DNA from: an uncultured Candidatus Saccharimonadales bacterium
GTDB lineage: Bacteria; Patescibacteriota; Saccharimonadia; UBA4664
NCBI GenBank assembly: GCA_964609585.1
Contig: CAZSRA010000003.1
Span: 35,405-99,404 of the forward strand
DNA length: 64,000 bases
Reading direction: 5' to 3'
Under the pieces are notes generated by a model. The model was not told the origin of the DNA. It searched no databases and was given only the letters and a program-made list of their open reading frames with translations. Below, in pieces: positions 57,585 to 64,000 of the stretch. The translations under genes and the position numbers were made by a program. Numbering within the stretch: position 1 is the first letter of the stretch; each line of letters starts with the position of its first letter.

Positions 57585-58106
57585 CTATGATTGCCGTGAT
57601 GTGTCCGACCTAAGTACCGTCCTGTGGTCGCTTTGGTCATAAACAACTACTTGGCTCGGCGTTGGCATTAGGTTGGTTAGCGCCCGTATTTGTGTGTCCT
57701 CTAGGGTTGCGGCTATGTACATGGTGCGGCATATAGGGGGGTATGTTATGGCTGATGTATATGTCGTTGCGATTATGGCCGTATCCGGCTCGTCGAAGGG
57801 TTGTTCGGTGAAGCAGAGGTTTTGCATGTAGGTGATCTGGCGCGATAGCTCGATGAGCTGCTCGGTATCGGTAGCCGACCGGCGCTTCTTGAGTGCTTGG
57901 TGGGTCAGCCTGGTCCAGCGCTTTTGGATGAGTGTTAAGAGCTGGGTTGGTTGGTCGGTGATAATGTATTCCCTACCACCGAGACGATGGCGCATATACA
58001 GTCGGTGAGCAATATCACCCGCAATATTTTGGATGCCAAATATCTTAGCCTGTTCAAAGTAATTGCCGGGCTCCCTCTCCCCCATCTGGGACTGACTTCT
58101 CTTCAT
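57585..58106 (-). CDS. Hypothetical protein
   Basis: 173-aa ORF divergent from the XRE gene. Confidence 0.6.
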   Translation of the reverse strand: MKRSQSQMGEREPGNYFEQAKIFGIQNIAGDIAHRLYMRHRLGGREYIITDQPTQLLTLIQKRWTRLTHQALKKRRSATDTEQLIELSRQITYMQNLCFTEQPFDEPDTAIIATTYTSAITYPPICRTMYIAATLEDTQIRALTNLMPTPSQVVVYDQSDHRTVLRSDTSRQS

Positions 58107-58218
58107 TATCTACTATTACTCTGACTAATAGTTCTCATCAAGAAAACTGTAACATATCAACCCAACTATTAGTATCACTAAGTGTTACTAAGACTAATAA
58201 TTCTTTAGTCTTGAGTTC

Positions 58219-58449
58219 ATGATGAGAGAAGCAACGGAATCTAAATATCTGGCTGGCTTTGGCAAGCGAGTTGCCGAAGTTCGCCGAGACAAAGGCTTTA
58301 CTCAAGAATCGTTGGCCGAGAAGGCTGGCGTAACTGCACTGACGATCAGCTACATTGAGCAGGGTCGCCAATGGCCCCGTATTGCAACCCTATATAAAAT
58401 TGCAAACTCTCTTGGCGTGGCCGTACAGGAACTATTTCGCGGAATTTAG
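58219..58449 (+). CDS. XRE family HTH regulator
   Basis: FGKRVAEVRRDKGFTQESLAEKAG...IEQG...LYKIANSLGV. Confidence 0.92.
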   Translation: MMREATESKYLAGFGKRVAEVRRDKGFTQESLAEKAGVTALTISYIEQGRQWPRIATLYKIANSLGVAVQELFRGI

Positions 58450-58475
58450 GCTGCAAAAAGTAAAATGAGGAATCA

Positions 58476-58498
58476 AAAGCGGGCTTTATGCCCGCTTT
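58476..58498 (+). terminator. Intrinsic terminator
   Basis: AAAGCGGGC-tttat-GCCCGCTTT followed by CTTT. Confidence 0.8.
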
Positions 58499-58526
58499 CT
58501 TTGATAGTTCTCGCACCTAAAAATGT

Positions 58527-58580
58527 ACCTGCAAGTACTCAAGATAGGCTCCACGCTCACAACTACCACTTTGTTTATAG
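58527..58580 (+). repeat. Direct repeat, copy 1
   Basis: ACCTGCAAGTACTCAAGATAGGCTCCACGCTCACAACTA (39 bp identical to 59505-59543) plus 15 bp with 2 mismatches. Confidence 0.95.
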
Positions 58581-58604
58581 AGACTATGGCTAAGTTATTC
58601 AAGC

Positions 58605-58790
58605 CTAGTGGCCTTGATGGTAGTTAGGCTGCCGGATAGTCTCTTGGGCCTGAAGCAATACGGGCGTTCGGCAAATGGCGCAGTGAACATGGGCTACGCC
58701 GTTCTTACGGTAGTAGCAGCCATCCCCCACCCCGCCGCAAATAGCCGACATGGCGCGATCCCTCTTACAATATTTGCAATATTCCCTCAT
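58605..58790 (-). CDS. Small Cys-rich protein (possible zinc ribbon)
   Basis: CKYC...C...C...HCAIC in 61 aa. Confidence 0.5.
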   Translation of the reverse strand: MREYCKYCKRDRAMSAICGGVGDGCYYRKNGVAHVHCAICRTPVLLQAQETIRQPNYHQGH

Positions 58791-58910
58791 GTGCGAATAA
58801 TATCATAAACCGAACACTAACCAAACACTATTTCATGATATTACTTCGGGCGGAATTTGGTCACTTCGCGGGGCTCCAACGTGCTCACGCTTTTATCATA
58901 TAATGGCGCT

Positions 58911-59483
58911 ATGAGCACTAAGCGCAAAGGATCTCATCATTCGAAGAAGAAGTTATTGGTAGTTGGTGCGGTGATGGCAGTTGCTGGTGCTATTGCCGCT
59001 AGCGCGACTATAAAGCCGCAACCTACACCCACCCCTCAGGCTACCGGGATATATACGCCGGCAGCAGTTACTAAGACCAGTGGATGTGTGGCAACGGCAG
59101 GGATTGAAGATAAGGCCTGTACGCCCGGGGCAGTTATTGCAACGGCTACAAAGGATGCGATATGCAAGCCGGGATACTCTCAATCGGTGCGCAACGTGCC
59201 GGAGAGCGAGAAAACGGCCGATTATGCTGAATACGGCATTACGAGCCATGCCACCGGGCAGTATGAGGTGGATCACTTAATCAGCCTGGAGTTGGGCGGA
59301 TCAAACGATATTGCGAACCTTTGGCCGGAACTAGCAGACCCCACACCTGGATTCCACCAAAAGGACAAGGTAGAGAATTATCTGCATAAGCAAGTATGTG
59401 ATGGGGTGATTAGTCTTAAGGCGGCTCAGCAGGAGATTGCGACGGATTGGCTGGCGGTTTATCGGACGATGCCGGCGAATTAA
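58911..59483 (+). CDS. Membrane-anchored/secreted HNH-type endonuclease-like protein
   Basis: N-terminal TM; CTPG; YEVDHLISLELGGSNDIANLWPE; KDKVENYLHKQVC; start ATG 58911 6 nt after TATAAT. Confidence 0.78.
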   Translation: MSTKRKGSHHSKKKLLVVGAVMAVAGAIAASATIKPQPTPTPQATGIYTPAAVTKTSGCVATAGIEDKACTPGAVIATATKDAICKPGYSQSVRNVPESEKTADYAEYGITSHATGQYEVDHLISLELGGSNDIANLWPELADPTPGFHQKDKVENYLHKQVCDGVISLKAAQQEIATDWLAVYRTMPAN

Positions 59484-59504
59484 CGTCGTCGGCACCTAGT
59501 TGGC

Positions 59505-59558
59505 ACCTGCAAGTACTCAAGATAGGCTCCACGCTCACAACTATCATTTTGTTTATAG
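59505..59558 (+). repeat. Direct repeat, copy 2
   Basis: Matches 58527-58580, 978 bp apart. Confidence 0.95.
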
Positions 59559-59635
59559 CGGTTGTAGCAGGCATTATCAAGCTTGTTATGTTTGGCTTAT
59601 GTACTGCCTGGCGCTATCCTCGCTCGCAGGCGGCG

Positions 59636-60466
59636 CTATTTTTTGCCAGTGTCTGGAGCTGAAAGTCCCGTTCTTGAAGCAGAATCAAGCTTTCTATGAA
59701 CATATGAGGCCATAGCAAGAAGATCAAGTGCATCCTGTTCAGAAATGACCCATTTGATTTTTGGCTCGTGCGCAGTCGTATTTCTGAAAACCCCAAATAT
59801 CCCCTTAAGAAGGTTCATAAAGCCCTTTTGTTCTGACTGTTCCGTCTCAGTACTCAAATTATTAATGATCAGCATGGGGCGCTTTACGGCAAGTGAATCA
59901 TCGACCAGGTCAGCGCCATCATCTGTAAGCCCGGTCAGGCTCCTGAGCTTTTCCGCCACGCTCTTCGTGGCCTCAAAAACAGCATGGAAGTAATTCTCTT
60001 CAAGAAGCTCAGCCTTACAAAAACCCAGTACATCAGGGTGGGTGCCACGCTCTATTAGCTTAAGCCTCAAAGATCTAGCGCGTCGTTCAGCTTCGGATAG
60101 CGTCTCAACCTTCCGAGCATACTGGACCTTTCCAGATTGCGTTATTTCATATCCTCTCAGGGCCAGTATGATATTCAGCTGAACTTGTCTCGAATGAAAT
60201 TTCTCAGGCATACGAGCATATCGGATCGGATCCATAGAATGCTGGATGAATGTAATGACATTGTTGCTACATCCGTCTTTCTGCTGCTGGACATGCAGAG
60301 CATTGAATAGCCTTTTCCACTTTGTTAGCTGAGGGGTAATATCGTGGATACTTGAGGATCGGAGCAATGATTCGATCTCGCTGCCAGTTAAACCGTCGGC
60401 GGTATCAGCCAAGATTTTGCAGATTGCTTCAAGCGAGTTATCGTCAAACTTCTTAATTGCACTCAT
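59636..60466 (-). CDS. TIGR02391 family protein with AbiJ-like N-terminal domain
   Basis: LEAICKILADTADGLTGSEI, TKWKRL, NYFHAVFEATKSV, FRNTTAHEPK. Confidence 0.88.
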   Translation of the reverse strand: MSAIKKFDDNSLEAICKILADTADGLTGSEIESLLRSSSIHDITPQLTKWKRLFNALHVQQQKDGCSNNVITFIQHSMDPIRYARMPEKFHSRQVQLNIILALRGYEITQSGKVQYARKVETLSEAERRARSLRLKLIERGTHPDVLGFCKAELLEENYFHAVFEATKSVAEKLRSLTGLTDDGADLVDDSLAVKRPMLIINNLSTETEQSEQKGFMNLLKGIFGVFRNTTAHEPKIKWVISEQDALDLLAMASYVHRKLDSASRTGLSAPDTGKK

Positions 60467-61464
60467 TTCGCTGAACCTTCAGCTTCTGCTGTTGCCGTTT
60501 CTTCGGGAGGGCTTAAAAGTGTGTTAAGATGTGCGACGTCGCTCACATCCAAGAGTGCTTCGTTCGCATTGAGTAACGGCAAGAAAAAGCCACTGACATC
60601 GGGATCTGATGCAATCCAAGATATTTGGCTATTCGTTGCCACGGCGCTTAGCATTGAGCGAATTTGATCTTGAGAAAAATCCGAGAACTGAGCCAATTTG
60701 GCGATTACAAAGTGAGTCGTGGCAAAATTAGTGCTGTTGGTTAAACGACCGACCAGTATCTCTCTTTCCAGCTCTACTGCTAATTTAATGTGAGGATAAT
60801 GCTCTCGAAAAAATGAGGTAAAGCTCACATACAATTTTACTATCGATGATTTGTTTGTTCCCCACTCGTCTCTTAAAAATTCGCAGATCGAACCTTGTTC
60901 GATCTGCGATACATAGTCTTTGTCGGCACTGATGATATATAGGTCTTCACCCTCGGGTACTGTTTCTAATAACCCAACCCAGTTCACTGCATCTCCATAA
61001 GACCTATCTTTGCCGGGTGGATTGCCAAGATCAAACCGCCGCTTTGCCGTCTGGTACATGTCTTCCGTGATCCTGACTTCATGAGCAAGGGGGAATAGAT
61101 CATGTATTAGCGCATCGGCATGCAAGGTGCCTTGAATCGCATCTACTCTAATTTGGTCCGTAAGTTTGTTCAGCTCTTCACTATATGCTTTCAGCTTTTC
61201 GCGAAGTCGACGATAGTCTGGGTAGTTTTTTACCATTTGAGGAAATGCCTTGGGCAAGACCTGCTCTTGTAAACCCTTAATCGACGCAGCGATCACTGTT
61301 TCCCTATTGCGTTTAAACTCATCTCTGAGCTGGCTTGTCGTATAGAGCTTAATATCGCGGTTGGTTACAGCGACCGAGAGCTTTCGCAGCTCATCAAGAT
61401 CATCATTTGAATATCGGTAAAACGATAAATACATATTTGTGTCGATGAAAAGATTTTTGCTCAT
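60463..61464 (-). CDS. PIN-like domain protein (DUF4935-type)
   Basis: LFIDTNMYL, EFKRNR, GNPPGK...GDAVNW, ISADKDY. Confidence 0.85.
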   Translation of the reverse strand: MSKNLFIDTNMYLSFYRYSNDDLDELRKLSVAVTNRDIKLYTTSQLRDEFKRNRETVIAASIKGLQEQVLPKAFPQMVKNYPDYRRLREKLKAYSEELNKLTDQIRVDAIQGTLHADALIHDLFPLAHEVRITEDMYQTAKRRFDLGNPPGKDRSYGDAVNWVGLLETVPEGEDLYIISADKDYVSQIEQGSICEFLRDEWGTNKSSIVKLYVSFTSFFREHYPHIKLAVELEREILVGRLTNSTNFATTHFVIAKLAQFSDFSQDQIRSMLSAVATNSQISWIASDPDVSGFFLPLLNANEALLDVSDVAHLNTLLSPPEETATAEAEGSAK

Positions 61465-61631
61465 TGTTCAACAATCACCCTAACAAGCTCGCCTTCATCA
61501 ACCAACTTCGTGTCGTGTTTCTGCGCCTTGGTGAGCTTGCTGGCCCTCGGTGCTTCGTCGACGACGAGGTAGGTGGTGTTTTTGCCGACCGAGTCTTGTT
61601 TTTTGACCCCTAGCTCTACGAATTTGGCCAT
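61461..61631 (-). CDS. Stand-alone LigA-type BRCT mini-protein or ligA 3' remnant (56 aa, absent from ORF track)
   Basis: MAKFVELGVKKQDSVGKNTTYLVVDEAPRASKLTKAQKHDTKLVDEGELVRVIVEQ resembles the SVSKKTDYLV..SKL.KA....V.DE pattern of LigA BRCT; ATGA overlap with PIN gene. Confidence 0.7.
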   Translation of the reverse strand: MAKFVELGVKKQDSVGKNTTYLVVDEAPRASKLTKAQKHDTKLVDEGELVRVIVEQ

Positions 61632-61912
61632 CGGTTCGCCCTTGATGCTAATAAATAGTGCAAGTATATTGTACTCTGCCTTACGCAGGCAAAGTATCTG
61701 AGATACACCTCTCCCTTTGTCTTCTCATCCTAAGGGCGAGAGGTCGATTCGTCCGTACGATGCAAACCTCGATTTTTGACAATACCCGTTGTCATGGAAG
61801 TGTCGGCGAGTGCTGACTGTGATGTTTAGCTAGCGAGTATTAGAGTAGCGGCTCGGGAGCAGTTATCGCCTCCGGGCTAAGTTGGAAATACAGTATTTTG
61901 GTTCATGCACAA

Positions 61913-63076
61913 CTAATAATCTGGATCATCAAAAAGCGTCGGCCTTTCGATTTCATTCTCGACCTGCCCAACAACGATTGTCCCAAGTTTACCTTTTGAC
62001 TTTCGAATATCACCGATCAGGTTCAGTGTTTGCGATGATTTGAAATGATCTGCAAAATGGTCAAGTCGATCTTTGGTGATGTCTCCGCTTTTTGCCTTGA
62101 ATGGGCGTTCAATCTTGTGGCCGTTAATTGAGAGAACCGTGTATTTGGCTTTTCCTAAGATATCTATAGATTCAACCAGCACCGTAATTTTTGCACTCCT
62201 CTCCTCGAGAGTTGTTTCGTCAGCGGCGATCTCGCGCTCTTCCAAGACATCCAAAAAACTTTCCTTTAGTGGTTCAGCGGAGCCTAGGTCAACCATTTGG
62301 AACTCTCTCTCCTCGACGGATAGGCCAAAGTCTAAGAGTGAGCTGCCTTTACTGCCAATTGTAATTGCCGAAATTCTATCAGAATATTTTTCCTTATATC
62401 TTGCGATGCTCTCCCCTCGTCCGAAGAAATCTCGCACGATCTTAGAATCGATTGATTCGCCAAGGACTCGATCTGCAAATTCAACTTCGTTACGTTTTGG
62501 CAACTTAACAAGTTCGTCTATAGCTTTTAAGTATTGGTGAAGGTACACGTTAGTCTCAGTCGCAATGGGGTAGATTGTTGGCTGAGGCTTATCGACGTAT
62601 ATCGAGACCGGTATTATAAAACTACCTTCTTCGGTATGATTAAACTCGAACTTTTCAATCGGAAGAGGATTACGTTTTTTGGATTTTGTTGAATAAAAAT
62701 ATCTAAACGCCTGAACATTTTTTTCAGGTATTACGGATGCTAGCTCAAAAGGTATCGTTTCTGAACCGATTGTATTCGTTCCAACAATGCGATTAATCAG
62801 TTTATAGTTGTACGCCTTCAGTTGAGAGCTAATCTCGCTTACGTTTTGAAAGTCTTCAGGCAAGTTTAGTGCGAAAAGAAGGATTAACTCATTTTTCTTT
62901 TGATATACGACATAATCAGGATCCTCGATATTTATTGGTAGCCGTGTCCAATTTTCTTGATTCTTTGGATCAATCCAGATTGCGTACCTTCCCGTGCTTG
63001 ATGTGTGCCGATTCCAGCCCACCCGCGAGAACGCATCCGCGAAATGATCGAAGGGGATAACTTTATTCTTTAACAT
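61913..63076 (-). CDS. Hypothetical protein, partner of the DUF4365 gene
   Basis: Likely start ATG 63076 (TGATG overlap); N-terminal FSRVGW...W; HTEEGSFII motif. Confidence 0.75.
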   Translation of the reverse strand: MLKNKVIPFDHFADAFSRVGWNRHTSSTGRYAIWIDPKNQENWTRLPINIEDPDYVVYQKKNELILLFALNLPEDFQNVSEISSQLKAYNYKLINRIVGTNTIGSETIPFELASVIPEKNVQAFRYFYSTKSKKRNPLPIEKFEFNHTEEGSFIIPVSIYVDKPQPTIYPIATETNVYLHQYLKAIDELVKLPKRNEVEFADRVLGESIDSKIVRDFFGRGESIARYKEKYSDRISAITIGSKGSSLLDFGLSVEEREFQMVDLGSAEPLKESFLDVLEEREIAADETTLEERSAKITVLVESIDILGKAKYTVLSINGHKIERPFKAKSGDITKDRLDHFADHFKSSQTLNLIGDIRKSKGKLGTIVVGQVENEIERPTLFDDPDY

Positions 63077-63594
63077 CACAGTGCGTCCCAATTCTTAGCT
63101 GCGTCAAAAAGCGAAACCAGTGTAACAGGATTTAATACGTTTGCTTTTGGTATGTGAATTTTGCCGGCATTAATTTTGCCAGATATCAGATAGAAATATG
63201 CTCTTGCGCGAAGCAGTAGGTGTTCAATTGTGACCTCATGCCAGTCTTCAACTTTATCCTCGGGAGGGAGGACAATGACTACCAGGTAGTGAGTTCCGTG
63301 TGGTGTTATAGACTTCGCAAGGGTATAGACCACCTCGGTGTCCGATTCCTGTAACATCGACAGGCTGCTCACCGATACGCCCTTTAATTGTATGTTGATT
63401 TCGTTACTTTCAGACGCCGCGCTTCGGCCGGGTCCAATCGTCTTATTGGTCATTTTGAAGTCAATCTGCAGACCGTCATAATCACGATTCGCTTCCATTA
63501 GCGCGTAGTTCACCTTTGCATTGAGACCGTAAAGGTACGCAATAGACATCTTGTCTTTAACGCTATTCATTTCGGGATTGATGCCTTTTGCCAT
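63076..63594 (-). CDS. DUF4365-like PD-(D/E)xK protein
   Basis: MSIAYL, DYDGLQIDF, INIQLKG, YLVVIVLP, IHIPKANVL. Confidence 0.7.
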   Translation of the reverse strand: MAKGINPEMNSVKDKMSIAYLYGLNAKVNYALMEANRDYDGLQIDFKMTNKTIGPGRSAASESNEINIQLKGVSVSSLSMLQESDTEVVYTLAKSITPHGTHYLVVIVLPPEDKVEDWHEVTIEHLLLRARAYFYLISGKINAGKIHIPKANVLNPVTLVSLFDAAKNWDAL

Positions 63595-63793
63595 AAGAGG
63601 TTTACCTATTCTCGCTGCACATCGCTAAAAAATGCAAGTATACTCGTATACTTTGATCACCTCAAGCGAGATATATTCGTCAATATATCTCATCTGTTCA
63701 TGTATACGGTCTTTGTTTGGTTTTATTTTGCACTTTATTAAAAGTGGTTACAATCATTTCTATCAAATGAACTCGCTGTGATGCTAGGAAGTT

Positions 63794-64000
63794 TCATTCG
63801 TATAACTGGCTAAGTAGCCCTAGAACTTTCGAGCCTGTTTTTGTTCTAGCTAGGGGAACAATCCCATAGAGATCCACTAATACGCGGTTCAATGAAACAG
63901 TCCGCCATATCGCCTCATCCCCGGCTCTCAGGTTATCAAAATCACTCCTCGATACCGTGGCAAATGCTGGAGGATGTTTGAACTTTTGGACGATTTCTCT
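63794..64000 (-). CDS. Possible 3' end of a gene entering from beyond the window
   Basis: Open frame of 68 codons from the window edge to TGA at 63794-63796. Confidence 0.3.
   Translation of the reverse strand, partial: REIVQKFKHPPAFATVSRSDFDNLRAGDEAIWRTVSLNRVLVDLYGIVPLARTKTGSKVLGLLSQLYE

Noticed and set aside
58527-59558. CRISPR array or integron attC interpretation of the direct repeat
   Set aside because: Only two copies ~1 kb apart, no cas or intI gene, and no RYYYAAC/GTTRRRY hairpin
1-64000. tRNA/rRNA genes, IS transposases, integrases
   Set aside because: None recognised by eye; tRNAscan-SE and ISEScan would be needed to exclude them formally

Overview
Bacterial DNA, most consistent with a Patescibacteria/CPR (probably Saccharibacteria) chromosome. 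This is inferred from protein families (MARLPxPG...WG N-terminal motif protein, pilin/PrgI/VirB4/VirD4 cluster, DUF1704 plus ATP-grasp genes) and from many apparently leaderless genes. About 1-35.8 kb is core/accessory metabolism, transport and regulation: gnd, TrhO-like rhodanese, DUF1704 peptidase with two ATP-grasp ligases, ornithine cyclodeaminase, a tailspike-like protein, MFS/MMPL/NRAMP transporters, MarR/TetR/YheO regulators, PhzF, RidA, a Ddl-like ligase and VanZ. About 35.8-64 kb is an island-like block with defence-type genes, a T4SS-like operon with no relaxase in the window, a 2285-aa PA14-decorated Rhs toxin with a coupled immunity gene, a direct-repeat-flanked HNH module, a BRCT-PIN-TIGR02391 operon and a DUF4365 gene pair. 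Best non-obvious signals: (i) a proline-rich leader peptide with mutually exclusive terminator/antiterminator hairpins upstream of the proline-forming ornithine cyclodeaminase (candidate proline-sensing attenuator); (ii) three GC-rich stand-alone mini-cassettes with sigma70-type promoters; (iii) an unannotated LigA-type BRCT mini-gene coupled to PIN and TIGR02391 genes; (iv) a ~200-nt structured leader before the ddl-like/vanZ genes. No rRNA, tRNA, CRISPR array, integrase or transposase was recognised. All family assignments come from motif recognition by eye, not database searches.
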